Positions 1 to 13,205 of a stretch of 64,000 bases of DNA are shown here, one piece after another. Location of the stretch: the NCBI GenBank assembly GCA_013265495.1, contig MU058037.1:1427498-1491497 (forward strand), given 5' to 3'. The DNA is from Vicugna vicugna (lineage: Eukaryota). Below the pieces are notes generated by a model that ran no database searches, was not told where the DNA came from, and was given only the letters and a program-made list of their open reading frames with translations. The translations under genes and the position numbers were made by a program. The stretch's first letter is position 1; the number at the start of each line of letters is the position of its first letter.

Positions 1-257
1 CAACTAGACAGTAGGGTGGCCAAAATTCAAATCCAAGATGTCTGATGTTTAACCATTGCCCCAGGCTGATTCTCCATGTGGCAGATAGAGTAAATTCCAC
101 GGGAGTGAAATGTACCGTGTAAATTATGAGGGAGAAAGAATCCTAATATAATGCATGAGGAATTCTGCCAGTGACATCAACTTACCTACCAGTCACTTAA
201 CCTCGCTGATACATTAATTTCTGTAACTATTTGTTAAATTCTAACACTGCTACAGTC

Positions 258-312
258 CATGGGTTGGCAAACCAGGGCCCAGGAGCCAAATGCAGCCCAC
301 CATCTAGTTTTC
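258..312 (+). mobile_element. MER58-like hAT-Charlie end fragment
   Basis: GGGTTGGCAAAC…GGCCC…GCCAAAT resembles the MER58 terminus. Confidence 0.55.
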
Positions 313-1511
313 TTTTCAAAACCTTTTTATCCTGAGATAATCTTAGATTCACATGCAGTTGCATGAAATAATATAGAGCTCTCTGGATGCAATGATTGGG
401 AAGAAAGAAGAATCATTTTTGTAATCTCTGTAGAAATCTTTCTAAGGAAAGCCTTGCCAAGTTTCAAATATATGCAGAGACCAAAAAGCTAGATTTGATA
501 ATCTTCATTCAAGTATACTGTTACAAGTATCTAGGTAGTGAAAGAAAAACACAAAAGAGGTTCTAAATTTGAACATCTTTCAAGTCCAGTGCAAGACAGG
601 ACCAGGATCTCAGCTACTTGGATGACTGACAGGCAAATGTATAGCTTTTCTCAAATATTATGACACAAGAACTGAAGGCAGTTTCTGAACAACTGAGTTG
701 TCCAGACTTGGGCCTTGGGTGAGAATCATTTATTTTTACTCTAGTTATCTTAGTCCTGGAGTCAGGCAGCAACAAATTGCTGGATAGAGTTAGACCCATT
801 TTCAGTGCTGACTACACACTAGGATCACCTGGACCTGTCTGAGCCCCACCTCTGACCAATAATTCTTTGGGAGGATTTGTTTCAAAAGACCCCTCTCAGG
901 TCAGGGCACCATCAATGTCATTTAGTCTAACCAAGACCCAACCCAGTCCTCTTTATACCTGATGCTTTCCAGATATGTCCCCCGCCCTGGAGAGTCACTT
1001 GGGTTTAACCATTGACTCAGTAACTTTTGACCTCTATCCCAATTCATCTCACACTAAACACTGCTAGGGGTGCTCTTCCTTCCAAATAATCCCAGTTACA
1101 CCCTTTGGAGTGACTTATTAAGAGCAGAGCCCAAGTAAGTCCCACTCCATTGGAATTTCTTTAGACTGTTCAGTCTCTGGGTGTAAACGTAATATAAGTG
1201 GGTTATGTTTTTGGTATGATGTGCTAAGGACTAATTGCCGGGTGTTGAACTGTTGCACTGTAAGCTTTGGTTCAAGGCCAGATAGCTATGTTGACCTGCT
1301 CCCACAAAGTTGAATCCATGAATTCTCAGGATGCCAGGTATCTAGACACTGGCTATTCACCTTTTTAGAAATGCTCAAAGCAATATGGTCCTACCCTGCA
1401 GCTAGGATCTGATTTTTGACATAAATGAAATGCCAGCTTTTCATGAGTCCTATCAATAACACCTATTCATTGACATATAAAATATAAGAGCTGGATTTGA
1501 CCTAAGGCAAC

Positions 1512-2028
1512 TGTATTAGTTATAGATTGCTGTATAACAAATTACCCCAAGTCTGGCAGCCTAAAACAAAAATATTATTTCAGAGATTCTGTGGGTCAGG
1601 AATTCAGAAGTGGTTGAGCTGGGTGGTTCTGGCTGGCATCCCTCCTGAGGTTGCAGTCCAGATGTTGGCTGGAAATGCAGTCATCTAAATCCTTGACTAA
1701 GACTAGAAGATCCACTTCCAAGATGGCACACTCATGCCACTGGCTGATTGGTGATGCCTGTTATCAGGAGGCCTTGGTGACACTGGGCTGCTTGAGTGCC
1801 CTCACAATATGGCAGCTGGCTTCCCCCAGAACCACTGATCCCAGAGAGAGTAAGGCACAAGCTGTGATGGCATTTATGACTTAGTCTTTGAAGTCACACT
1901 CTGTCATTTCTGTAATATGTTGTTGATTATACAAGTCAGCCCTACTTGGTGTTGGAGAGGTCTATACGAGGGTAAGAATACCAGGAGGCAAGGCTGGCTG
2001 GGGGCCATCTGGGAGGATGCCTACCACA
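1512..2028 (-). mobile_element. MLT1-family (MaLR) solo LTR
   Basis: TGTATTAGTTA…TTGCTGTATAACAAATTACCCCAA start and …CCTACCACA end. Confidence 0.85.
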
Positions 2029-3544
2029 GCAACCTAGCCCTCTATTATTTTTTTACCAGATGAGAAAACAGGTCTGGAGAAGTGAGGTTTTGTCTAAAGT
2101 CACATAGGCTTAACATTTCAGTATTTGCTTTTCTTTCAACCCTACTGATCCTCACCACCCACAATTTCTTGTATTTATTTAAAACACCAAATGTTGTTTA
2201 TCTTTGGGAAGATTAGAAAGATTATTTCCAAATGTGAAGCCAGTTTCCCTGATGTTTTTAACAGCAGAAGCTTTTGTAAACCAGACAACATATAAGCAAA
2301 GTGCAGGCTCTGAGCACTTTGGGGAAGGTTGTTCTTCACTTTCTTGAGTCATTAGGCAGGAGGTTCTCCAAAAGGAGGGAGAATAAAGCAGATGCTCTTA
2401 GGGCAAGTCCAGAAGCAAACCAGAAGTTCAGAGTAGGAGGGATAAGTCTTAGCTTTATCACACCACCCCCGTGCAGATTTGTTCTTATATTGTAATAGTT
2501 TTCCTATTCTCTCTTGATCTCTGAAGGTGAAAACGAAAACAGCAGATAGTAACACCAAAAATCAAACCATCCTCCTTGGGCAATGCTGCTGTGTTAATCA
2601 GATGAAGACCAGTGAGCAGCCACAGGGGCTTCCTAGGAGAAGCACAGAATTTTTTTTTCCCGAGAACACACACACAGATTTTTAAGCACAAAACTCTTAA
2701 CTGTGATAAATACTATCATTCTTTTCTTTTCAGGATCCTCTTTCAAACAGCTCTCTTCTAAGAAGGACAACAACAAGAAAGAAACCCTTTATATAGTCTC
2801 TATCCCTTTTCGATCAGTTAAAAAATGGCAAGGCCTGTCATCTCTGATCAACCTAACTAGCCAGGACACAGGACAACTTTCTCTCTGCGTGACCTATTTT
2901 GTCTAATGGGCCCACTCCTTTGCCCTCTGACAAGCTACCTTCTCTCCTGAGTTCCATTTATAGCAGGCCTTTATTAATGGTTAAATCGTTAGGAACGGGT
3001 CTGTCTCCCTCCCAAGGCTTATTTCCCCCGTTCAATAAACTAAGCCATGGGAACGGAGAGACTGTCCATTTCTGCTTTATTTAAGCTCAGATTCTTCCTA
3101 GCCCACAAAATACTGCACACTGACAGGTGAGAGCCCGCCCGGCAGTTTGTGGTCACTAGTGATTTTTCTCGTATTTAGTAATGCTTGGGAGGTCCCTGGG
3201 AATTTGTCTAAGCCCCTGATGGAAGTCTTGAGGTCTGGAACAGTGATGCTTCAGTGAGGAGCCCCCGGGCCTTTGCTGATGGTGAAGGGCGGCCCTTCTC
3301 AATCCTCAGGCAAGAGCCTGTGGACAAGGGCTCTGAGTTCCTGAAAGGGTTGATCCCTCTCTGCAACTTGAAAGGTCTGCATATGCCATTCATCCATCAT
3401 GCTTGTCATTGAGCAACTGGTACAGTAATGGCCCATGGCTGGCAAAGTGACCGGTGCACTTGACTCCTTAAAGCCTTTTCTCCTTGTTTTTCATCACCAG
3501 AGCCCTGCAACTAACAGATTTTTTTTTTAAAAGCTAAAAACACA

Positions 3545-4035
3545 AAAGTGATCATGTCACTGCCTCACTAAACAGCCTTCAGGTACTCCCCATTACCCCC
3601 AGGGCCTGCACTGAAGGACTCAGACTCACCAGGTTTTCCCCACTTGCATTTCTGCTCACCCAGGGCATTCCTCGCTCCAACCACAGTGAACTACTTCCGG
3701 TTCATGGAGGTGCCATGCTGACTCTAGGCCTTTCCACATGCTCAGAATATGACTTTCCAGTCTTCCTCTCCTCCCCTACCCAGGAGCGGGGTAACTCCTC
3801 CCCATCATTCAGGTCTCAGTTTACATACTATTCTGGAAAAGCCTTTCCAGAGCCCCTTAAGCTGGATAAAGCATCCACGGCTTCCTGAGTTTGTCCCTTC
3901 ACAGCTGCATCCATCACCATGGAAGAGTCGACTCCCATCACTTATTTTACTGTCTGACTTTCCTTCTAGATGTTCAGTTCCATGAAGGGGGATAACTTGT
4001 CCATTAATGTGTCCACAGTGCCTACCGAATAAATT
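3545..4035 (+). mobile_element. L2 3' fragment
   Basis: GATCATGTCACT…AGCCTTCAG…TCATTCAGGTCTCAG…CCACAGTGCCTA…AATAAAT. Confidence 0.7.
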
Positions 4036-4505
4036 TTCTAGCATATTTTGTAACCAAATATAACCAGGCATCTGGTTTCCACCTTTAAGCCCATTTAAGC
4101 ACAGAGCCTCCTCCAAAAGGAACACTGCTCACTGAAAATGGCCTCAAAAAGGAAGGCAAATCTTCACTGAAGAGTTACATTGTAAAACAACCTAAACATT
4201 CTCTTGATTCATTATCAGCCCAATAGTCCTTCATCCTAGAGACTTCTAACCCCAAATCTCTCTTCATTCTTCCCCCAATCCAGTTATTCACCGACTGCCC
4301 CAGCCTTTATTCTTTCCTGTTGTTTCAACTCAATTCACTGCTTTCAATTCTCCTCTTTACCTATTTAGACCTCCAACAACCATCAACCTTTAAGAACCAC
4401 AAAGAGTTTGAAGCCAAGATGACAAAGACTCAATCCTGTTTGGAAAGCAGAGGCAGAGACAGGGATGTCTTGATTTATCAGCTTTTTGGGGTCTTCAGCT
4501 CAGAT

Positions 4506-4695
4506 TAATAGTAAGAGTACACACATGTCAAGTGTTTACCATGTGGGAGGTACTCCGCTAAACGCTTGAATATGTTATCCTCACAACACCCCTATGAGTT
4601 TGATACTATTATCTTCCTGTGCTTCAGAAGAATATTTGCCCAAGGTGACACAGTGAGAAAGTAAGATGGCTGGGATTTGAAGGCAGAGTCTGTGC
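4506..4695 (-). mobile_element. MIR SINE
   Basis: CCTCACAACACCCCTATGAG…TTGCCCAAGGTGACACAG…GGGATTTGAA. Confidence 0.8.
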
Positions 4696-5156
4696 TGAAG
4701 TGTCTCCACAGTAGGCATTCAGTAACCAGTTGAATTTATAGACAGTGTCTGCTGGGGAAGCAGCTTGGAGGCTGGCAAGGCAAAGGGTGTTAAAGCAATG
4801 TCTTTGATAAACTGATTGCAAGCACATGTCAAAGCTTTAGTTCAAAGTTGCTTAAAGAAGCTTCAAAGAGCCAGTTCAAAAACTTGGAATAGGAAAAAGT
4901 GTGGTTGGATAACACTGTTAGACCGGCTACAAGTGGTCTTTAAACTCTGTCACAAGGCTAATTTAGCAAGGCAGGTAAATCTAATTTCCCAGAAGGGGCT
5001 TTTCATCTCATTAAAGCTGATCAGAAAACCGCCCATATGTTTTATCAGAAATGCTTCCCAGAAGGGACCATTTATCATACCAGAGCATACAGCCTTCCAG
5101 CTTAGGTTTGGGATCATTTTCTTTTCACAGAAACAGCTCTGTCTAGAGTGCTGGGG

Positions 5157-5381
5157 TGGGGTTTCTCACCCTCGGCACTACTGGCATTAGGGCCAGGGAA
5201 CTAACTCTTAGGAGTGGGGCTGTCCTGGGCACTATAAGCTGTTTAGTGCATCCCTGGCCTCTGCTGACCTGATGCCAGTGGCACTCCCTCCTCCTGGTTG
5301 TAATAAGCAAAAAAGGCCTCCACATATTGCCAAATGTCCCCTGGGGGTGCAAAAATACCACCCCTTCCTTAAGAACCACTG
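5157..5381 (+). mobile_element. MER20 (hAT-Charlie)
   Basis: GGGGCTGTCCTG…CATCCCTGGCCTCT…TTGCCAAATGTCCCCTGGGG…AGAACCACTG. Confidence 0.85.
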
Positions 5382-5389
5382 CTCTAGAC

Positions 5390-5558
5390 CCTTGATTCTC
5401 AAAGTGTGGTCCGCAGACCAACCATAACCGCATCCCCTGGGGGAGTTACTAAAAAGACACAAACAACCTCAGGCCTCACCCCAGGCCTTCTGAGTCAGAA
5501 TCTGCAGTTTAACAAGATCCCCAGGTGCTTCCACTGGACATGAAAGTCAGAGAAATGC
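5390..5558 (+). mobile_element. MER5A/MER5B (hAT-Charlie)
   Basis: TTCTCAAAGTGTGGTCC…CTGAGTCAGAATCTGCA…TTTAACAAGATCCCCAGGTG. Confidence 0.8.
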
Positions 5559-5566
5559 TTCTAGGC

Positions 5567-5730
5567 CTGTGGTTCTCAACCTTGTCTGCACATCAGAGGC
5601 CTTGGAGCTTTTAAAAAAATACTGATTCCACCCCAGAGACTTCTGATGTCATTGGTCTGGGGCAACCTGGGCCTTCTGATTTTTAAAACTTCCCAGGTGA
5701 TTCTAATGTGCAGCCAAGTTTGTGCTTCTG
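5567..5730 (-). mobile_element. MER5A1-like (hAT-Charlie)
   Basis: GTGGTTCTCAACCTTG…CCCAGGTGATTCTAATGTGCAGCCAAG. Confidence 0.8.
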
Positions 5731-6044
5731 TTCTGGGTGGTTTAAACAGCACCCACAACAGCCTCTAAACAAGATCCCACATCTCCGAAGACCAAAGTGA
5801 TGCTTCTTTTCTTTCCATGAACAGCCTTCTTTTTTGACTTCTTATCACTTTTAAGATAACAAAATTAAAGGCCTTTGATGATGGCTTCAAAAGGTAGGCT
5901 ATAACTTTAAAAATAATGGTTGGGATGATTTGGGAAAAAATTAAGACATTGATTTAAGCTTGTCCAGATGATAGCTTTTTAAAGATGGGCCATCAAAATC
6001 ATCCCTCTAAATCTTGCTAATTAAAAATTTCTGTACTTGAAAAA

Positions 6045-6290
6045 AACCCCAACCATTAAATGGCAAAAACTATCAAGAAAACTGTTCTGCATGAAATATA
6101 CAATTGTATAAAGAGCCCATGCAAATTAGGAAGCAAAACATTAGCACCTTAACAGATAAATAAAGGAAGTGAACTCACAATTCACAAAAGTGGATGTGTA
6201 ATTAGTAGAGAAGCATGAGAAAATGTGCAGCCTCACTAGTCATCAAAGGGATGCTCAATGAAAAAAGTTACCTGTTTTCCTCTTGTAATA
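6045..6290 (+). mobile_element. Ancient L1M ORF2 3' fragment
   Basis: ACAATTCACAAAAG…AAGCATGAGAAAATGTGCAGCCTCACTAGTCATCAAAGGGATGC. Confidence 0.6.
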
Positions 6291-7243
6291 GTCACAGAAA
6301 AGAGTGGGAAAATGATCATGAAATAGATACTTGCTCATTCCCTCAAAAGATACTGTCTTCTTATAGCAGGCACTAAGCCAGCCTAGCTGGTGAGGGTGTG
6401 GGGCTTAGTAAATAAAGAAAGCTCCAGCCATTGTGGATTTAGGCCCAGTTAGGTCTTGATGGATACCATCCTAAAGAAAGTGTGTGGAAAAAGTTTTGTT
6501 CATTTAGGATAGCAAAACTGATTAAGAACTTAAGCGCCCAATCATAGGATTATGATTAAGTAAAATCTCATATGGAATAGTCCAGACACTGTGATATAAT
6601 GAATGATAAATCAAAAAAGAATACAAACAGTAGAAAACTGGACAGATGATCCAGTAATCAAGCAAGTTTTGAAATGCTACATGGTGTTGTCCCCACACCC
6701 AATACACACAACATACATTTGTATGTTTAAAGCTCTGAGGAGCCCCAAAGCTAAGAAGATGGTTTATCTTTGCTTAACCTGGTATTTCTCAATTTATCTG
6801 ACCATAGAAAGTTTTTTCCCCCTCTTCACTCCCTTTTAGAGGTGAAACTTGTTTTATCATCTCTGGGAACTAGTATTTCTCAAACAAACAAACAAAACCT
6901 TGATGATATACTGGCATATATGGTAGTATTTAAGAGCCATGTAAAAACAAAAGCTATACATGGGTAAATACATACATTAAAAAAATTCATGAAGCTGTTC
7001 ACTTAAGATGTGTTCATTTTACTCTAAAGAAACATTAAAAAGAAACTGTAAATTCTGAGAAGGCAAAAAATTTTCTTAAATTAAATGTTGGCATTCATTA
7101 AAACAAGTACAAGAATGTTAAGTCAAATTATTTCTAAACTATAGATATATTTCTATGTATCAGTTGTTCGTGCAGGGTGCCTCTAATACTGTCAATATGT
7201 ACAGATAACTTATGCCCATTTTATGCATTTTAAAAAGAGTTCA

Positions 7244-7372
7244 TTGTAGGGGCTAAGAGCTCCAGACAGGGTTTTAATCCTGCACTAGCCACTAACTAGC
7301 TGTGAGACCCTGAACTAGTGACTCAACCCCTCTGGATTTTAATTTCCTAATTTCTAAATGAGGAGCAGTAAG
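7244..7372 (+). mobile_element. MIR SINE
   Basis: GCCACTAACTAGCTGTGAGACCCTG…TTTCCTAATTTCTAAATGAGG core. Confidence 0.75.
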
Positions 7373-10300
7373 AAAAGTCTAGTTCCTTGCATCTTTGAAA
7401 ACAGTTTTACGATTTTAGATGATTATAAACCTTTATTGGTACATTTTTGCCTGATGGTACATCAGCAGCCAGGTTTTTAATTTGAATACTGAGACCTTGG
7501 ACCACTCACTACGATTACTGTAAAAACTAACAAACAGAACGTTAATCAGCTCTAAGGGGATCTCCACGATGATGCACTTCCCAGAATGCCTTATTGGGGA
7601 GAAACAGGGACACCTAGGTTTTTCATATGTTCTGTTAAATTAAGAAATTGGTTTCCCATTTGGATGTCCCAGGACCTCTGGCTGCCACTGACTGTACCAG
7701 ACAGATCAAAGAGGATACTGGGTATTACTGATGTAAGCACCGTTGTCCCTAGGTCTCAAATGCTCAGGCCTAAACAACATAAAAGGGTTTTGCTGTCTTT
7801 GGAAACTGAGAACCTCTTGGTTAAGACTAGTCTACTTGACTTGTTTGTCACTTTGTCTACCTCTGCATGTCACTGAGCTCTGCTTTATTAGGAAGTCTTG
7901 GGCCAGTGCTCCTCCAGTAAAATCTGTGGCCCCTTTAGAAATAGGGAGGTCTGTGCTCTGATGGATGGCAAAATTGACCACAAAACCAGGAGCCGCGAGT
8001 GGTGACTGGTCTTGGATTATGCCCCTTACTCCACCAAGATCTCCCCCAACAAATTCAGTATTGTCCCAGCTGCTGGCCCCTGACTTGATGTCCAGTGCAA
8101 CAAACTCTCAATACAATAGGATTCAAAACCCCTTTTTGAACTTATGTTGTATGAATTTGACCTGGACATGCAAATTTGTCTTTTCCTTAAGGTCACTCAA
8201 ATTCTCCACACGGGGCACATAACACTCACTATTTGACTCTGGATTTTAGGTGCAGAATTTTACTGGAAAAAAATGCCCTGCTTTTTGTGTCTTTCTCATC
8301 TTCCCTGCTTTTACTAGTTATTGGAGGAAACATATTAGTTTTTACTTTAGCCACCAAAGGCTTCATCATGCACAGAAGCCAATTTGGGTGGCTATTTCAC
8401 AGCTGAAGCTTCAAAAATGTTTTTATTTGATTTGTTTCTTCTACTTTATGAGTGGCTAGTGGGGATAAAATAAAGAGTTCTGGGTTTGGAGTTACCAGGG
8501 TACAGTTTCTCCCCGACCTTGGTGTGGGGGTGCAGTAAGAGCCTTAGTTGTAGCTTGTACCGCCTTCCTCTCCTCGTGGTCACGATGATTCCATGGGCCA
8601 ATGTGTGTGAACATGCTTTGTAAACTCTAGAAGACTCCGCAAATGCCCTCTGATAAACTCCAGGGCTTCAACCAGTTTGCTCTGGGTGCGTGGTCGGCCA
8701 CTGCATATGGAACCGGATGGAACATGAGGCACCGCCTTTCTCTTGACTACTTTTGAGTGTCACTGTGTTTATGGCTCTATGATTTAGCACCACGTAGGAG
8801 GAAGTAATCATTGTACCGCCCCCGAGAGGCTGTTTAAACGACCAAATGCAGATGAGCGTTGAGTGGACTCCATTTCCTAAATGATGTATGTGGGGCCGTG
8901 GCAACTGAGTAGCAAAGCTATAAATGGGTCATGGCAAGGCGTAAACATCACATGCTCCTCAGCCTGGACTGAGAGTGACACATGGGAGCTATCTGGTGGG
9001 TCACCCTCGCACCAGCCAAGGGGTGCCTTTCCCAATGTAAACTTTTTTAGTTTGGGTACAGAAGGTGTGTGGGGTACCTGGAGAGTGACTTTCAGCAGGG
9101 GGCCTCGCATTCCCCATCGTCCTCACAAATGTCCCCGACAGGAGAGCAGGACGCAGGAGAGTGACTGACAGCTGTTCTCTAGGCAGCAAAGCAGTGCGGC
9201 CCGGGACACGGCCCAGCACACTTGCATTCCAATAACCCGACAAACAAGTGTGCTTTACAGCACGGGCAATTTTAGCTCTGGATCCCTTCCCCTTGTTCTC
9301 ATTTTTAAATTCGAGCCCTGACCCCAGTCTCTGAATTCCCAGATTCCTGTACTGCGGTAACATAAAGGCATTCTGAGAACACGCTGAGTCTCACAAGGGC
9401 AAGGACACAGACTCTGTTCCTCTGGGGGTCTGGCAGTCCTGGAAGGACCATCTGTGGCCTTTCTCATCAGCAGTGTCCCGAGTCCAGGGTTGCTGGGCCC
9501 TCTCGGGTTCTCTCGGGACCCAGGAGGGAGGGAGAGGCTGAAGGAGGGCAGGGTGGTCTGGAGAACGACGACTGCAGTGACTCCTCTGTGCCGTCTGCTG
9601 CCTCCTGCCCGGCTCCGGCTAGAAGGGAGATCCAAGCTCACTTTCTAGATGAAATGTGGTAACTGTGTCCAGTCAGTGGCTCCTCCAGCCCCACATGAAG
9701 TGCCGTTTCCCTGGGGCTAGTACTGCATGAAGAACTGTGTGTTTGCTTTTCCTAAATAATGTGATGATATCAGTGGCCACGGTGGTCTGGGCAAACTGGA
9801 TCGAGGTTCCTCTGTGTTTTCAAAACTGTCTTAAAGTCACAGAGGTCCACAAGCTGAACCCAGTCATGAGTGGCATCTTAGGGTTTTTAAACAGTTACTG
9901 AAGGATCATGGCAAATGGCCCCCCATGTATTTCTCAGTGTAGCTCTAATTCCACCTACTTGAGATGGATTTGTGGTGGTCAAAGTCCCCAGCAAGCCCAT
10001 CATAGAAATGGTTCCCATTTCTGGTTCCAGATGGTGCTTCAGAGTCTGGACAGTTCTTGGAGAGAAACCATACCTCATAGAACACGCTGCAGTGACAATT
10101 TGCTATGAATCATCACTCCTTTCATGCTGTTCAGGCAAGCCCAAGGAATGTCTCAGTTTCCAGGGCAGCTTGTTATGGGCCTCTTCCTTGGCCAGAGAGA
10201 TGGGCCGGATGTCACCCAGCACAGTGACCACAGTAGTAAAATGGCTTGAGCACACCCTGGCCATGGTGGGGCTACGGCCGGGGCCAAGGACAGCTGTGAC

Positions 10301-10900
10301 AGCACAGGGGGACGGAGCACATTTCATCAGCGCTGCTGGTTCCTTGCCTCTGCGTCCCCTCGCTCACTCCCGCCGCCTCACATTTCTGGTCCTGTCCTCA
10401 CTTTTCCAGCGCTCCAGCTCACCTGTCCCCAGGCAATGGGATGGAGAAATGAATAGGACATGTTCATACCCTTCAGAGGGTCATGGCCTAGAGGCAGGAC
10501 AGCTATGGCAGTAAAGAGAGAGGAGAGAGAGGATGCCTAGAGGCAACTAATTACAATGCAGCCTGGGACCTGGAGAATTGTGGGGGTGAGTGGGTTGTAG
10601 TCAGAAGTTAGAAGCTGAGAGGGAGAGGCCTGAAGGCTGTCACCCTGTGACACAGGCAGTAAGTGTCCAGCAAACTTGGTGCAGGGTGCAGGAGGGAGAG
10701 TGGACAGAGACAGGCCAGCGTGGTGGGCCGGGTGATGCTGTGAAGTTGCTGGTCAACAAGTAAGTTTCACCCAGGAAATCCTGGTCTGGGAAGGAGGTGA
10801 TATCTTGCTTCTTCCTGGTGAATGCCCTGGACTGAAAATTGAGTTTCTAAAAAAAGAAAAAAAGATGCTACAGAAATAGAAGAGTCCCTGCTAGGCAAAG

Positions 10901-11293
10901 TGTTATGAGCTGAACTGTGTCCCCCCCAAAACTCATGCATTAAAGTCCTGGCCCCCAGTACCTCAGAACATAACTGTATTTGAAGATAGAACTTTAAAGG
11001 GGTGATTAAGTTAAAACGAGGCCATTAAAGTGGACCCTAATCCAATCTAACTGGTGACCTTATGAGAAGTTTGGACAATAGACAGCAGGGTTGTCTGTGC
11101 GGAGGAAAGACCATGTAATGATACAATGAGAAGGTGGCCGTCTGCAAGCCAAGGAGAGAGGCCTCAGGAGAAAGCAAACCTGCTGAAAATCTTGACCTTG
11201 GATTTATAGCCTCCAGAAGTATGAGAAAATTTCTGTTCTGTAAACTACCCAGTCTCTGGTATTTTGTTATGACAGCCCTAGGAAACTAAGACA
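10901..11293 (+). mobile_element. MLT1B-like solo LTR
   Basis: TGTTATGAGCTGAACTGTGTCCCCC…GCAAGCCAAGGAGAGAGGCCTCAG…AACTAAGACA. Confidence 0.9.
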
Positions 11294-11444
11294 CTTGGAA
11301 ACTCTTCCAGTTAAATTATTCTGAATCGTTAAAAACAAAAAAAGCAGCCTCTGCTGACTTGTGGGTAATGTTTTCAGTTCTGCCGTCATTAATACCTTCC
11401 TGCCTTCCCCTCTGGTTCCAGAACCATCCAGACCTTCTCTGTCA

Positions 11445-11640
11445 GTGGCATGGCAGGAGCCCCAGAGTCAGGACACTGGAGTCCAAATCCCAGTTTTTCT
11501 ATTTACCAGCTATGAGACTTTGAGTTACTCACTTTGCTTTTTGCACCTCTAATGTGTGTCATCTTAGCAATGAGTATAATACAACCTGCCTCACAGCGAT
11601 GCTCTAAGGTTAGATGACACAACAGGCTTTGTAATCTCTA
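11445..11640 (+). mobile_element. MIR SINE
   Basis: GAGTCAGGACACTGGAGTCCAAATCCCAG…TTTACCAGCTATGAGACTTTGAG…CCTGCCTCACAG. Confidence 0.7.
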
Positions 11641-12065
11641 AAAAAATACACAGGAAAGCAAAGCTGCCTAAAAGACCTCTGCTGCAGAATTCCCCTCCAA
11701 GCTCACCGGCTACAACTGGGTCCCATGGCTGCTCCGAGCTGTAAGAGAGATCAGGAAACAGTATTGGGCTACCAGCCTTGTAGGAGAGAAAAGCAAGGAA
11801 GAAGGGGGTTGTGAATGGATATGGGGCAAGCCAAGCTATACTATCTGCCCCAGCAAAGGTGGAGGGGTCCCTGGTCTGTGGAGTTTTCTTTCTACAGTCA
11901 TTGGTAATAAAAAAAAAAAGGGAGTATTCTATTTCTTAGAAAAGATTCAGCCCATTCACATAAGTAAAACAGAAAAGAAATGACAGCAAAGAATAATGGA
12001 AAACAAATGTGTAAATAAGGCTCAACCATCATGACATCCCAAGAGCCATTAAAAGAAGTGGCCTC

Positions 12066-12494
12066 ATTATCAATTAGCTATCGCTGCATAACCAACCACC
12101 CCCAGGTCCCATGCCTTACAAAGAAAGCACTTATTACGCCAGCTCATGTGTTTGCGGCTCAGCTGATTTAGGCCGGGCTCACTTATGTATCCACGTCAGC
12201 TCCACACGCTGCTCACCCTTCTGGGATCTGCAGGCCAGCCTGGGCATACCCTGTCTGTGGCAATGGCAGACGTGCAGGAGACTCGCCAAGAACATGTGAT
12301 CCTCTTGAGGCTTAAGCTCCGAACTGGCACACCATCACTTCTGCCTCATTCCGCCGGCCGCAAGTCACATGGCCCAACTCAGGCACGAGGAATCCTACCC
12401 TGTCCACAATGGTAGGAAACTAAAAAGCAACAAGGCAATGGGGATGGATCTAGGGAGGGGTGGAGGACTGGAACCATGAAGGCAAATTTCCCAC
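12066..12494 (-). mobile_element. MLT1 (H/I/J-type) LTR
   Basis: TTAGCTATCGCTGCATAACC…GAACTGGCACACCATCACTTCTGCC…AAGTCACATGGCC. Confidence 0.75.
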
Positions 12495-12774
12495 AGGCAC
12501 CAAAGGCCTTGCAAGTCAGTCTTAGGGTTAGCATTATACTCTAATCCTTCAGATGGAAGCCATCCTAATTTAGCTGGGAATTACTTGAATCCTTAGAGTC
12601 AGAGTTGATGGTCGCACCTTCTACTCACTTTACATTCATGGACTCAAGCTGAAGTTTTCCAGTGAAAATGAAGCCTTCAAGTTTGACTCATGCCTATCAA
12701 AATGATTTACAAGCTGTTCCTAAAAACATCTCACAAAAACTAAACTAACCATTCCTTTGGTTTCTTCTTTGCAG

Positions 12775-13205
12775 GCTTGATGTGAAGAATTGGAGAGTAA
12801 GAGAATGGATTCAAAGGAAAATTGCTCACTAAGAAATTTTATATATTTGTATGAAGATTATGAACCTCCCGAAGGCCTGAGACTCTAGCAGAAACGTCCT
12901 GTTTGTGCATTTCCATCTCTTCCTTCTAGTTGGCTGCACTATTTACGTGCACTTATCTTCAGGTTTGGCAGCTTGCAGAGCAAAGCAGCTCAAGAATTCA
13001 CCACTTGGAGGGTGTGCTTTTGAGGAGGGGTATGATTTTATGGAGAAGGATATTGATTAACAATGATTTTGATGGAAAGTTCTCTAAGCTACTTCCCACA
13101 CTATTTTGGTCAAATATTTGGAATGTATTTTAGTTCTTCACCTTCTAAATTAATGTCAATAAACTTTTTATGGGGTCAAATAAATATTTGAGTAAATGAA
13201 AAATG
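12775..13205 (+). other. SMPX: SMPX terminal exon (entirely 3' UTR); 1-12774 is the preceding last intron
   Basis: Branch point CTAAC 12745-12749, pyrimidine tract and AG at 12773-12774. The sequence (TTGATGTGAAGAA...GCCTGAGACTCTAGCAGAAA...TATTTTGGTCAAATATTTGGAATG) closely matches the SMPX 3' UTR as I recall it. Synteny with KLHL34 and CNKSR2 fits. The 3' end is approximate. Confidence 0.88.
13158..13184 (+). terminator. SMPX: Tandem AATAAA poly(A) signals of SMPX
   Basis: AATAAA at 13158-13163 and 13179-13184 at the end of the terminal exon. Confidence 0.8.

Noticed and set aside
7400..8230. Possible Gypsy/ERV integrase relic (GDW, GPF-like motifs)
   Set aside because: Motifs too short and frame-inconsistent to support a call
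9972..10514. 180-aa plus-strand ORF in the SMPX intron
   Set aside because: GTG start, no recognisable motif or splice context, locally GC-rich; not SMPX sequence
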